64,000 nucleotides of DNA from an uncultured Candidatus Micrarchaeota archaeon (lineage in GTDB: Archaea; Micrarchaeota; Micrarchaeia; Burarchaeales; Fermentimicrarchaeaceae). Every line of letters begins with the position of its first letter. Position 1 is the first letter of the stretch. The notes under the pieces are model-generated. The model made no database searches and was not told the DNA's origin. It saw only the letters and a program-made list of their open reading frames with translations. The stretch covers positions 1 to 64,000 of the forward strand of contig CAVXDX010000007.1 of the NCBI GenBank assembly GCA_963760615.1. The letters are read 5' to 3'. Made by a program: the position numbers and the translations under genes. Positions 46,799-56,547 of this stretch are shown one piece after another.

Positions 46799-48097
46799 CT
46801 ATGGGTATACTCTGTTTATCGTCCTTGGGAATGGAATTGCATCCCTGATGTGATCGAGGTTGAGAACCCATTTCAGCATTCTTTCAATTCCCAGGCCGAA
46901 GCCTGAATGCGGCACTGAGCCGTATTTCCTCAAATCAATGTACCACTGGTAGCTCTTTGTATCCAGCTTCTCTTCCTTTATCCTCTTCATGAGCTCATCG
47001 TACTCCCATATTCTCTCAGAACCGCCCACAAGTTCTCCATGCCCATGAGGAGCCTGCATGTCTGCATTCAAAACAGTTTCAGGGTTCTCAGGGTTGATTT
47101 TCATGTAGAAAGCCCTTCCCTCTTTGGGATAGTTGTAGATGAATATTGGCTTTTCTACATCTGCAGTTAGAATCTCCTCATCCTCTGTTCCGAAGTCATC
47201 TCCCCATTTCTTTTTCACTCCTTTCTTAGCAAGGAAGTCAATTGCATCGTCATAGCTCACTCTTTTGAATGGGGGTGAAACCTTTGCAAGTGTCTCTGGC
47301 TTAACCTTGAAGAATTCCAGCAAGTCTGCATGGTTCTTTGCAAGCTTCTGGCATGCGTAGGAAACAAGCTCCTCCTGCAACTTCATGTTGTCTTCATTAT
47401 AGTAGAATGCCTCCTCCGCCTCAAGATGCCAGTACTCTGCAAGATGCTTGACTGTTCTGCTCTTCTCCGCTCTGAAGGAAGGGGCAAGCACGAATATCTT
47501 CTCAAGCGCTGTTATGAAAACCTCATTGTACAACTGGGCACTCTGAGTAAGATATGCAACATCGTCAAAATATTTGAATTCAAAGAGAGTTGAGCCTCCC
47601 TCGCAGCCTGCTTGGGTTATTATAGGAGGTGCAACCTCCCAGAAGTCATGGGAGTAGAAGTATTCCCTCAAATAACCGATGAGGTGCTGCCTCACCTTCA
47701 TTACATTTGTAAGCTTCTGGGAGCGCAGCCAGAGGTGCCTCAAATCAAGCAATAATTCAGTGCTCTGGTGCTCAGTGATCGGGAAAGGCTCTGAGAAGCT
47801 TATCACTGAGAAATCGTTCACCTGGAGCTCATACCCCTCAGGAGCCCGCTTGTCTTCCTTCACAACTCCTTTTGCTGTGACTGCGGATTCCAGTAGAGCT
47901 TTGTCTGCATTTTCGTATGCTTTCCCAGAAACATTCTCTTTCTTGATTGCAATTTGCATTATCCCGGTTGAATCTCTTAGGACAAGGAACTGCACTCCTC
48001 CACTGGATCTCTTCCTGTGAATCCAGCCTCTGAGATTGACCTCCTTTCCAGTGTATTTTCCTGAGAATACTTTTCCAATCTGAGTGAATTCAGGCAT
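46799..48097 (-). CDS. asnS: Asparaginyl-tRNA synthetase
   Basis: OB-fold N-terminus, RHLWLRS, LTQSAQLY, FRAEKSRT..HLAEYW, GGSER, PHSGFGLGIER. Confidence 0.9.
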   Translation of the reverse strand: MPEFTQIGKVFSGKYTGKEVNLRGWIHRKRSSGGVQFLVLRDSTGIMQIAIKKENVSGKAYENADKALLESAVTAKGVVKEDKRAPEGYELQVNDFSVISFSEPFPITEHQSTELLLDLRHLWLRSQKLTNVMKVRQHLIGYLREYFYSHDFWEVAPPIITQAGCEGGSTLFEFKYFDDVAYLTQSAQLYNEVFITALEKIFVLAPSFRAEKSRTVKHLAEYWHLEAEEAFYYNEDNMKLQEELVSYACQKLAKNHADLLEFFKVKPETLAKVSPPFKRVSYDDAIDFLAKKGVKKKWGDDFGTEDEEILTADVEKPIFIYNYPKEGRAFYMKINPENPETVLNADMQAPHGHGELVGGSERIWEYDELMKRIKEEKLDTKSYQWYIDLRKYGSVPHSGFGLGIERMLKWVLNLDHIRDAIPFPRTINRVYP

Positions 48098-49292
48098 ACG
48101 GATCACCTATGTTTTCAATTGCAGATTTTATTGCCTCCTCAAGCTTTTCTGTCTTTCCTGCACCGCTCACGAAATACTCCTTCCCTCCCCATTTCCCTTC
48201 CATAATTCCAAATGCTTTTTCTGCAATCGATTTTAAGTCAATACTCATTTCTTGGTTTTTGGCCATGAGGAGGAAACCCTTCTCACCCTTGTTGCCAAAT
48301 ATAACTAATGCATTCTCCTCTTTTATTAATTCTCCTGCCTTTTCCATGAGTTTTTTGCTGTCAGTACCTGAGAAAACTTTTGAGTATATCTTCATCCCTC
48401 CTTTCTGGATGGGTTCGATTCTGCTGAGCAGCTCCTCATTCAGCTCTTTGAGCTGCTCCTGCATCATTATGTTCTCGGCTTTTAGCTTCTCCGCTGTTTT
48501 CTCAAGCAGTTCGGGGTGGGTCTGCAGAATAGAGCAGGTGTTCATAGTTATTTTTTTCATCTCAAGCAGGAAATCTTTTGCTTTTTCGCCAAATTCAAAC
48601 TCCAAAGTATACTCGTTTCCTTCTCTCGTAAGGCGTGTGAGGGTGAGGAAGCCTATCTCATTCGTATTGACAACATGGATTCCGGAACAGGCGGACTTGT
48701 CAAACCCCTCAATCTCAACAACTCTCACCTCATTTCCTTTTATCCTGTCAAGCTTCACCCTGAAATCCCCCTTCCCAGCCTCCTCTTTCTTCACCCAGCG
48801 GACTACAACTCGTCTGCCTTCCTTAATAACCTGGTTTGCAAGCTTCTCGGCCTCGGCAATTCTTGTAAAATCGAGGGGCTCGGGACTTCTTATGAAAAGC
48901 GCATGCCTTCCAACATCAATATTGTCCTTCACAACATAGAGATTTGGGAAAAGCCTTGAGAGGCACTGGAAGAACATATGCTGAGCGGTATGTGCCCTCA
49001 TGAGTTCATATCTTCTCCCCCAGTCAAGCTTGCACTGAACCTCTTCCCCAGGCTCTATTTTCCCTTCAAGCATGCATACATGGATGACCGACCCTTTCTC
49101 CAGCCTCGTTTCAACAACCTTTGCAGTTCCTTTCTTCCCAACAATAATTCCAGTATCAAAACTCTGTCCTCCACCACCTGGGAAGAAGGCTGTCCTCTCA
49201 AGAATAATCAACGCATGGGAGTTGGAGTAGGAAATGGAATTAACTCTAGAAGTGAAGGATTTGAGGTAAGGCTCCTCGTAATACAGCTCCAT
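48090..49292 (-). CDS. alaX: AlaX-type tRNA editing protein with C-terminal DHHA1/C-Ala domain
   Basis: TAFFPGGGGQ..D.G, MRAHTAQH (HxxxH), ACSGIH (CxxxH), GKWGG. Confidence 0.85.
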   Translation of the reverse strand: MELYYEEPYLKSFTSRVNSISYSNSHALIILERTAFFPGGGGQSFDTGIIVGKKGTAKVVETRLEKGSVIHVCMLEGKIEPGEEVQCKLDWGRRYELMRAHTAQHMFFQCLSRLFPNLYVVKDNIDVGRHALFIRSPEPLDFTRIAEAEKLANQVIKEGRRVVVRWVKKEEAGKGDFRVKLDRIKGNEVRVVEIEGFDKSACSGIHVVNTNEIGFLTLTRLTREGNEYTLEFEFGEKAKDFLLEMKKITMNTCSILQTHPELLEKTAEKLKAENIMMQEQLKELNEELLSRIEPIQKGGMKIYSKVFSGTDSKKLMEKAGELIKEENALVIFGNKGEKGFLLMAKNQEMSIDLKSIAEKAFGIMEGKWGGKEYFVSGAGKTEKLEEAIKSAIENIGDPYA

Positions 49293-49302
49293 GTTCTCCT
49301 TC

Positions 49303-50670
49303 TCAGATGAGTTTGTCAATGAAGAACTCTTTTGTGGATAGGTAGGAATTCAGGAACTCATCGAAATTCTCATTTAGAATATCCTCATCCACAAGCAGGT
49401 ATGCCCTCTTCATGCTCTTGGATATGTAGGAGGGTATAGCATAGCTGGTTGGCTTTTTGGTTATCTTTTTAACAAGCTCCAGAGCGTCAGTCACTTTTCT
49501 GTGCTCCACGGCAACAACCTTGTCTCCCTCAACGTGGGGTCCTCCAATTGCGTTCCTGTGCTTCCTTATGAAGCTCCCCACGTCTCTCTCGTAGACAATT
49601 GCTGGGCCAATAGCCTTCCTCACTGCTGGAAGCTTGTAGGTGGAAAGCTCAAGCAGTATAACGCATCTTTTATCCTCATCGCTCCAGAAGTCATAGCCGA
49701 AGAGCTTGAATTCCGCAATTTCCAAATGCTTGGCAATGCTGCCAGCTGCCTTCTTGAGCTGCGGCCAGAGTATATCCGGCACGACTTTCGGAGTGGGGAA
49801 CACTATGGCAACAAACTTTGTCCCCCTGCCTCTCATCCTCTTGGCGAGCTCCTTTCTGGAGAACTCCTCCTCATCTGCAAAGAAGAAGCTCTTGCTTGGC
49901 TTTTTGAGGAATGCCCTTGATGCAAGGATGAATTTCGAGAGAGATATGGCGGAAACCGCGGCAGCTACATTCCTGTTCCTGTCAACTGGGTCTATCACAA
50001 TGAGAGGGACTTTGAATTTCTCCCTCATCTCCTTCTCAGTGTGGTATCGCTCTATGTCCACAACAGGGTTCCTCCACTTTGAGGAGTTCTTTAACAACTC
50101 CATGAATGAGCCGTAGTGCAGAATGAGAAGCTCGCAGAGGTACCCCGAGAAGCCCTCAACCTTCAGCTCAGCTCCGTATACTCCAAGCCTCTTCAAGAAC
50201 TGTTTTAACAGCCTCACCTCATCAGCTTTATGTTCATCAAACCTTGAGAGTATGTACCTCTTGTGAAGCGGGGAGCGATCTACAGCTGATGCTCTTTCAT
50301 TTATATTCAGTATCTTGAATGAGGGGACTATCTCTATGGTGCATCCTTCTACATCTGCCTTGAGATAAGGATGTTCGGCATAGCCTATCCGCCAAGGGTG
50401 GGGGGAGACTGCTTTTTTAGCATATCGGAGCCCCTTGCTCACAAGTTCCTTTTTAGTAGTCTCCTTGGGGAACAGCATGAAGAGGTCAACATCCCGGTCA
50501 TTCCTCAAATCTGTATTCTTTGCAATGGAGCCGACTATTTCAAGCTCCACATTCCGAGGAATGAATTTTCTCAGCCTTGATTTCATCCACTCCGCAATGC
50601 TCAGCTCCCATTCTCTCTCCTCAGGAGAAGGCTTTATCCTCTCAAGAACCTCGCTTAGAAGCTTATCCAT
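49303..50670 (-). CDS. cca: CCA-adding enzyme (archaeal class I)
   Basis: VGSIAKNT...DVDLF, YAEHPY, AVDRSPLH, GFSGYLCEL, DPVD..RNVAAA. Confidence 0.95.
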   Translation of the reverse strand: MDKLLSEVLERIKPSPEEREWELSIAEWMKSRLRKFIPRNVELEIVGSIAKNTDLRNDRDVDLFMLFPKETTKKELVSKGLRYAKKAVSPHPWRIGYAEHPYLKADVEGCTIEIVPSFKILNINERASAVDRSPLHKRYILSRFDEHKADEVRLLKQFLKRLGVYGAELKVEGFSGYLCELLILHYGSFMELLKNSSKWRNPVVDIERYHTEKEMREKFKVPLIVIDPVDRNRNVAAAVSAISLSKFILASRAFLKKPSKSFFFADEEEFSRKELAKRMRGRGTKFVAIVFPTPKVVPDILWPQLKKAAGSIAKHLEIAEFKLFGYDFWSDEDKRCVILLELSTYKLPAVRKAIGPAIVYERDVGSFIRKHRNAIGGPHVEGDKVVAVEHRKVTDALELVKKITKKPTSYAIPSYISKSMKRAYLLVDEDILNENFDEFLNSYLSTKEFFIDKLI

Positions 50671-50733
50671 GGTAGTATTTCGGAGAGCTGTTTAAAAATA
50701 TGTTGTGGAAACTTCAGTGCTTTATTAATACTT

Positions 50734-52287
50734 TTGCTGAGAAAAAAGTTCATGGGTGGTGAATGGAAGATTGCTTCGCACAAGCGGTTTGAATTGGCTT
50801 TCTACTCAATTGTCATTCTATTCTTCCTGCTACTGGTATTCGCGCCAATTCTTTACATTGCGGTGAAAGGCTGTCCTGATTCCCGTGCGATATGTTTCCC
50901 ATCCATATATCTGACTAATGAGATGAAGGACGCACTCTTTAATTCATTCTCCATTGCATTTCTCGCAGTGGTACTTGACATAATATTCGGAATTCCAATT
51001 GCCTGGGTCATAGCGAGGTATAAAACAAAGCTTAAAGTCTACCTGAACTTCCTTGTTGACATGCCTCTGATAATGCCCACAGCTGCGCTGGGCTTCTCTG
51101 TTGCTTTATTCTGGGGAGGGGAGGGAATTGGGTTGCTGAGCAAGGGCTTCTGGATGATACTTGCCGTGCACACTGCTTTCACCTACCCGTATATTGTGAG
51201 GACTCTTTCCGCGGCAATTGAAGAAGTGGATACAACATATGAGATGGCTTCTAGGACTCTTGGAGCAACTCCGCTTACGGCTTTCAGGACAGTAACACTC
51301 CCGCTTTTCAAGTCCGGCCTGCTCATCGCGGCCCTGCTGGCATTCACTAGAAGCCTCAGCGAGACGGGCGCAACCATGATGGCTGTGGGCACAGGGCAAT
51401 TCTTCGCAGCAACGGCACCTGCCCAGACTCTACTTTACAAAAATAGCGGCGATATGGCATCTGCCATATCACTCAGTATTATACTCATCGCAATATCAAC
51501 CATTCTCCTGGCTTTGGTGAGATACGCATCAAACAGATTCGGCATCCCAACCGGTAAGATTTATCCGTCATTTGAGAGGTCACTAAACAACTTCAAGCTA
51601 GAGAAGAATGTGTTCGCCTTTGCATTCTTCATAGTTATTATACTTCTCCCATCCTTCTACCTGCTCAGATTTGTATACTATTCGCCGGGAGAATTTGGGG
51701 ATACAATGAATTCCATCGGTATATCATTCCTCATAGCATTTGTGGCCACCGTAATCAATCTAATCTTTGGGGTGGGGATGGCTCTGCTCATAGGCAGGAA
51801 CAAATACGGGCTTGGACCAGTTTTCGAGTTCCTTACAGATATGGTAATGGTGATGCCCACAGTTGCCTTGGGGCTTTCCCTAGGGATGTTTTGGAATCTG
51901 TTTAAGCTGAATGAGCTTCTTATTCTTGCGATGGTGCACATAAGCTTCTCCTATCCTTACATAGTGAAGCCTGTTGCGGCTTCCATAAGGGATTTGGATA
52001 AGAATCTGGAGGATGCTGCAAGGGTGCTTGGGGCAACTCCATTCAAAGTCTTCAGGACAATAACACTGCCGCTTATAATGCCCAGCATACTGGCAGGTGC
52101 AGTGATGGCTTTCATGAGGAGCCTGAGCGAGACAGGCGCAACAATGGCAGTCTCAAAAACATTTAAAACAATCCCCGTGCTAATAGTAGGATTTGTAAAT
52201 GCGAACAAATATGGGGATGCGGCATTTGCATCTGCTCTGCTGCTAGGGGTTTCATTCATTGCAGCATACTTTCTGAGGAGGAAGTGA
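50734..52287 (+). CDS. ABC transporter permease, two fused TM modules (FbpB/ThiP/ModB-like)
   Basis: Two EAA loops (EMASRTLGAT; EDAARVLGAT), two RSLSETGAT motifs; start uncertain. Confidence 0.9.
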   Translation: MLRKKFMGGEWKIASHKRFELAFYSIVILFFLLLVFAPILYIAVKGCPDSRAICFPSIYLTNEMKDALFNSFSIAFLAVVLDIIFGIPIAWVIARYKTKLKVYLNFLVDMPLIMPTAALGFSVALFWGGEGIGLLSKGFWMILAVHTAFTYPYIVRTLSAAIEEVDTTYEMASRTLGATPLTAFRTVTLPLFKSGLLIAALLAFTRSLSETGATMMAVGTGQFFAATAPAQTLLYKNSGDMASAISLSIILIAISTILLALVRYASNRFGIPTGKIYPSFERSLNNFKLEKNVFAFAFFIVIILLPSFYLLRFVYYSPGEFGDTMNSIGISFLIAFVATVINLIFGVGMALLIGRNKYGLGPVFEFLTDMVMVMPTVALGLSLGMFWNLFKLNELLILAMVHISFSYPYIVKPVAASIRDLDKNLEDAARVLGATPFKVFRTITLPLIMPSILAGAVMAFMRSLSETGATMAVSKTFKTIPVLIVGFVNANKYGDAAFASALLLGVSFIAAYFLRRK

Positions 52288-52291
52288 GTGA

Positions 52292-53353
52292 ATGCCTGAT
52301 GTGAAAGTAGTTAATGTTTCAAAATTCTTCGGCAACATAAAGGCACTTGTGGGTATAAATCTTGAAATAAACGATGGGGAGTATGTAGTGCTGCTCGGAC
52401 CCAGCGGGTGCGGTAAGACAACCCTGCTGAAGATTATCGCCGGCGTGTGGGAGCCAACCACCGGGAAGGTGTACATAGATGGAAATGACATCACAGACCT
52501 TCCTCCTGAGGACAGAAACATCGGCTTCGTCTTCCAGAACTACGCGCTATTCCCCCACCTCAATGTTTTTGATAACACCATCTACGGACCTGTGGTGAGG
52601 GGGAAGGATGCTGAGGAGAGCAGGAGGAGTGCAAGGGAGATGCTGCACCTTGTGAGGCTGGCTGCAAGGCATGATGCCTTCCCTGCTGAACTCTCAGGGG
52701 GAATGCAGCAGAGGCTGGCAGTTGCCAGAGCACTCACCACCGGCTCGAGCCTGCTGTTCCTGGATGAGCCGCTCTCTGCCCTCGATGCCAAGATAGGGGC
52801 CGAGCTGCGGAGCGAGATGAGGAAGATGATTAAGGATTTGAAACTCACTGCTATACATGTCACTCACAACCAAGAGGAGGCAATGGAAGTTGCAGACAAA
52901 ATAGTTGTGATGAGGAGAGGGAGGGTGGAGCAGGTGGGTTCCCCTGAGGAGATTTACAGGAATCCTGCAAACCTTTTCGTAGCGCACTTCCTTGGCGATG
53001 CGAACTTCATAGAGGCAGCAGCTTCCGATTATGGCTCATGCTGCAAATTAAAGATGCTGAGGTGGGAGTTGGAAATACCAAAGGTGAAGCCAGGTGCGTA
53101 TGTTGCCGTTGTGAGACCTGAGAAGGTTGAAGTTGGGGATGGAGGAGCTGAAGGGGTTGTAAAGAACTTTAGGTTTCTTGGGGGCTTGTCCTATGTAGAA
53201 GTTGGCATTGGGAATGAGTCAGTCATATCAAGGTTCCCCAGTGGAAGAGAGTATGAATTGGGCGAGAAGGTCTGCGTGCGCTTCAAGCCCGAGGATGTTA
53301 AATTGTTTAAGTATCCCGACGAGGGACTGAAGGAGGCGTTGAGAGTTGACTAG
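52292..53353 (+). CDS. ABC transporter ATP-binding protein (PotA/FbpC-like, TOBE domain)
   Basis: GPSGCGKTT, FQNYALFPH, LSGGMQQR, LDEP, VTH. Confidence 0.93.
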   Translation: MPDVKVVNVSKFFGNIKALVGINLEINDGEYVVLLGPSGCGKTTLLKIIAGVWEPTTGKVYIDGNDITDLPPEDRNIGFVFQNYALFPHLNVFDNTIYGPVVRGKDAEESRRSAREMLHLVRLAARHDAFPAELSGGMQQRLAVARALTTGSSLLFLDEPLSALDAKIGAELRSEMRKMIKDLKLTAIHVTHNQEEAMEVADKIVVMRRGRVEQVGSPEEIYRNPANLFVAHFLGDANFIEAAASDYGSCCKLKMLRWELEIPKVKPGAYVAVVRPEKVEVGDGGAEGVVKNFRFLGGLSYVEVGIGNESVISRFPSGREYELGEKVCVRFKPEDVKLFKYPDEGLKEALRVD

Positions 53354-53978
53354 CATATCTGAATGGTTTGGTGAGAGGAGGGAGGAGAAGGTTCTTGACA
53401 TGTTCAAGAAGGAGTTCGAGCTCGGCACAAAGTCCATAGAAGAGCTTGTGAATATGGTGGAGAAAGGGGGACGGAAGTTCGACAGGATACAGATGTTTGA
53501 GAAGGAGGCTGATGAGGTAAGAAGAGGTATAATGGAGCAGCTTGCAAAGGGTGAGCTTGCAAGTCAGGATAAGGAAGACCTCATGCGCCTTGCAAAAGAG
53601 ACAGATTCTATAAATGACTGGATATACACGGCAAGCAAGAACCTCTCTGCCATAGGGAAGCTGAGGGACTCGGAGAAGAAGCTCCTTGTTGAGATGTGCA
53701 AGAACGATAGGGATGCCATTGAGAAGCTCAATGAGTGCATGGATAAAATAACTTCTGGCGACAAGGAAGGCGCAATGGGGCTGGCGCACAAGGTTGAGAG
53801 AGTGGAAGAAGCAGTGGATGACCAGTACTACGATTCAAAGAAAATTTTGCTGAAGGAGAACAGACCTGGCGCAGAGGCAATTCTTATGTATGCACTCTTC
53901 CAATCAGTGGAGAATATAGCGGATGCGTGCGAGAACACTTCGGACCAGATAAGGCTAATACTTGTGAAGTTCTGGTAG
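53346..53978 (+). CDS. DUF47 / PhoU-like phosphate transport regulator
   Basis: EKEADEVRR, D.I.D, E...D, ENIADACE; TTG start. Confidence 0.85.
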   Translation: MTSISEWFGERREEKVLDMFKKEFELGTKSIEELVNMVEKGGRKFDRIQMFEKEADEVRRGIMEQLAKGELASQDKEDLMRLAKETDSINDWIYTASKNLSAIGKLRDSEKKLLVEMCKNDRDAIEKLNECMDKITSGDKEGAMGLAHKVERVEEAVDDQYYDSKKILLKENRPGAEAILMYALFQSVENIADACENTSDQIRLILVKFW

Positions 53979-53986
53979 GTGAGTAA

Positions 53987-54090
53987 TGCGGGGGGAGGGA
54001 TTTGAACCCACGTAGCACCTAAGTGCACAGGATCTTAAGTTTGGCAGGCATAAGCCACCTGCCCTTTAGACCAAGCTCAGGCACCCCCGC
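53987..54090 (-). tRNA. trnL: tRNA-Leu(UAA) with a 17-nt intron at position 30/31 (54041-54057); CCA not encoded
   Basis: Acceptor GCGGGGG/CCCCCGC+A, D-loop GG, anticodon arm CAGG|A-CTTAAGA-TCCTG, long variable arm GCAC/GTGC, GGGTTCAAATCCC; 87 nt after splicing. Confidence 0.93.
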
Positions 54091-54156
54091 ACGTATAATG
54101 TTTGTAGAAAGAGTAATTTAAATCTAGTGAATTTTTAGCATTATTTCAAAAGCAGA

Positions 54157-54534
54157 CTAGCGCAACTGTCCTCTGCCCATTTTCCTTCGTTTTGATTCGT
54201 TTTCTTCTGTAAGCCCCTTATGTCTCGGCGAGGAGTAAAAGTCGGCTATGTTTCTTATTGCAAATGCCGCTTCCATGAAGCAGAAAAAGGAGAGAATGTA
54301 GAGTAAGAAGAGCGCCCAGTCGGGTATTACCATTTCAGGCGTTACAATTAATTCGACATAAATGAGGATAAGTCTGCTTAAAGAGATAGCCACACCCCAC
54401 ATCATCCAGACGACAACCGCCTTCCAAGGCCCTCCGTAATACTTGCGCCTAGCTTGGTATACTGTGAAAATTGCCACAAGACCGAGGAGCACAGCAACAG
54501 TGCCAGTTACCAAATCTGCATAATTCATATGCAC
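54157..54534 (-). CDS. Small multi-TM hypothetical membrane protein
   Basis: 125-aa ORF with 3-4 hydrophobic segments. Confidence 0.6.
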   Translation of the reverse strand: MHMNYADLVTGTVAVLLGLVAIFTVYQARRKYYGGPWKAVVVWMMWGVAISLSRLILIYVELIVTPEMVIPDWALFLLYILSFFCFMEAAFAIRNIADFYSSPRHKGLTEENESKRRKMGRGQLR

Positions 54535-54559
54535 CCTTTTCTCTCAATATTGAGGCGTA

Positions 54560-55300
54560 TTAACCATACATAGGTCCAATCTCCTCAACCTTCTTGTAGT
54601 CGCTGTGCGCATCCCTTGCTTTTAACATGAGCTCCTTCATCCTTCCTTCTACATCAGCAGATTCCGCTATGAGCTCCTCCGTGCTGATCTTTATATTGAC
54701 GAGCTTCTTCAGCGATTCTATGACCAACGCAGCTGCCTTCGGGTCTAGGAATTCCGGCTTGGAGTCTGCCAGAAGCGAGACAGCAGGAAATTTCCTTGAG
54801 CAACAATCTGCAAGCAGCACACCACTAACCCCAGTTGTTGCACCCTCTTTTATTGTTTTAATTCCAGCAGCCTCAAGTTCCTCCACAAGCTTCGGTGTGC
54901 TTGCTATTCCGAAAACAACATCCTCCTGGTCCTTGACAACTATGCCCCCGAGCGATATTATCTCCCGGACTTCCCTCTCAATGCACCAATCAAGTATCTT
55001 CTCTGACAGCTCATGAATGCTCTGGAGCGGTATGATGAACTCGGAGAAGAGCACGAGCAGGTTGCTCTTCTGCGACTTGTAGATTCTTGCGGGATGGAGC
55101 GGCACCTTATTATGCACTGCCGCTATGGGAGGGAACCTCTCAGAGGTTATGTGCCCCAGCAGATCCATTTTGAGCTTTTCAACAATGTAGCTTGACGCTA
55201 TTGTTCCCACAAGTCCTATACCTGGAAAGCCCTCTACGAGTATAGGTTTCTTCAAGTCGAACTCAGAGGTTTCGATGATTTTAACGGGCATAATGATCAT
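54560..55300 (-). CDS. PAC2-family proteasome assembly chaperone
   Basis: EGFPGIGLVGTIA, FPP, IISLGG, GVSGVLL, DPKAA. Confidence 0.9.
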   Translation of the reverse strand: MIIMPVKIIETSEFDLKKPILVEGFPGIGLVGTIASSYIVEKLKMDLLGHITSERFPPIAAVHNKVPLHPARIYKSQKSNLLVLFSEFIIPLQSIHELSEKILDWCIEREVREIISLGGIVVKDQEDVVFGIASTPKLVEELEAAGIKTIKEGATTGVSGVLLADCCSRKFPAVSLLADSKPEFLDPKAAALVIESLKKLVNIKISTEELIAESADVEGRMKELMLKARDAHSDYKKVEEIGPMYG

Positions 55301-55310
55301 TGGTCGTCTT

Positions 55311-56545
55311 GTGACATGCTCCCACCTATGAATAGGTGTGGGCTTCCTGCTTCACAGACATTGCTACCGCAACATCTCTCTCCATTACGGAATTGCAGGC
55401 GTTACTTCCCCCTTGCCCAGGGGTAGCTCTGATGAGTATATTACATGCAGCATTTATATCCCTGTCTGTTGATAAACCGCATTCAGGACAGGTGTATGTC
55501 CTCTCACAGAGACTCAAATCATTTTTGAGATTTCCGCACCTGCTGCACATCTTCGAAGTATTTTCAGGGTCTACAAACACTACCCTGCATCCAGCTACCT
55601 CCGCCTTGTATGCAAGCATGTTTGCAAACATGTTCCATCCTGCATCGTTGATTTGCTTGCCGTATCTCTGTTCTGCCATTTGCTGTGAGGTAAGTTTCTC
55701 CAATGCAATGAAGGAATAAGCATTCACCAAATTAGTTGTTGTCTTATGTAGGAAGTCTCTCCTGCAGTCTGAAATTTTTTCGTGTAACTTTGCTACCCTT
55801 ACTTTAGCTCTTTTCTTACTGACACTTCCTTTCTTTTTCTTTGAGAACTCTCTCTGTAGGAAGGTAATTCTCTCTTCATATTTCGTGAAATGTCTTGGGT
55901 TGTTTACTGTCATTCCATTTGACAAAGTTGCAAATGTCATCAGCCCCAGGTCAACCCCAACTGCCTCTCCTTTGTTTTCTTTTGGAATTTCTTTAGGTGT
56001 TTCAACACAAAATATTGCAAACCACTTTCCTGAAGATTCTCTCTTCAGAGTGAGGGTTTTTATTTCACCTTTTATCTCCATGTGTTTCTTTATTGCAATC
56101 TCTCCAAAAGGAGTCACCTTGAGCTTCTTATCTAAAGAGAAACCAAACTTATACTGTGGGTAATTCAAACTCTTAATTCTCTCAAAAGACTTGAATCTTG
56201 GAAAACCGCATTTTATCCCCTTCTTTCTCAGCGTGAAGATTCTCATCACTGAATTGTAAACCCGGTGTGCAATCTCCTGCTGTGTCTGGGAGTAGAGTCC
56301 GTAGTCTTTTACCATAAGCTGGAGAGTATTCTTTTTTGGAAAATAAGCGAAGTCTTCGTAGGTCTGTTTGCAATGTTCCAGAAGTTCATTCCAGAGATTC
56401 TTCGCTAACCAGAGATGTTTATTCAGAAGCTTCTCCTGCTTCTTTGAAGGATATATCCTGAATTTGTAGGCTTTCATAGACGTTATTTACTTCTATTTTT
56501 TCCTTTATAAACCTCGTGGAGGGGTAGCTTTCCAATGAAAGGTGA
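55311..56545 (-). mobile_element. Solo-tnpB IS200/IS605-family (IS1341-like) element; left end approximate
   Basis: Right-end hairpin GAAGCCCACACCTAT-TC-ATAGGTGGGAG followed by GTCAC (55311); short hairpins CTTTC-ATTG-GAAAG and CCTC-CAC-GAGG upstream; no tnpA. Confidence 0.8.
55326..56477 (-). CDS. tnpB: TnpB RNA-guided nuclease
   Basis: KAYKFRIYP, RuvC-I GVDLG, RuvC-II ALEKL, Zn finger CSRCG/CPECG, RuvC-III DRDINAA. Confidence 0.95.
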   Translation of the reverse strand: MKAYKFRIYPSKKQEKLLNKHLWLAKNLWNELLEHCKQTYEDFAYFPKKNTLQLMVKDYGLYSQTQQEIAHRVYNSVMRIFTLRKKGIKCGFPRFKSFERIKSLNYPQYKFGFSLDKKLKVTPFGEIAIKKHMEIKGEIKTLTLKRESSGKWFAIFCVETPKEIPKENKGEAVGVDLGLMTFATLSNGMTVNNPRHFTKYEERITFLQREFSKKKKGSVSKKRAKVRVAKLHEKISDCRRDFLHKTTTNLVNAYSFIALEKLTSQQMAEQRYGKQINDAGWNMFANMLAYKAEVAGCRVVFVDPENTSKMCSRCGNLKNDLSLCERTYTCPECGLSTDRDINAACNILIRATPGQGGSNACNSVMERDVAVAMSVKQEAHTYS

Positions 56546-56547
56546 AT

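Noticed and set aside
50752-50775. Possible extra G at ATGGAAG that would give a cleaner MKIASH start for the ABC permease
   Set aside because: An in-frame ATG at 50752 already explains the gene; no frameshift is needed.
53987-54156. tRNA-Leu as an integration site
   Set aside because: No duplicated tRNA fragment was found in the window.
55326-56477. Possible Cas12f/Cas14 CRISPR effector
   Set aside because: No repeat-spacer array or cas1/2/4 in the window, and IS-type end hairpins are present, so it is called TnpB.
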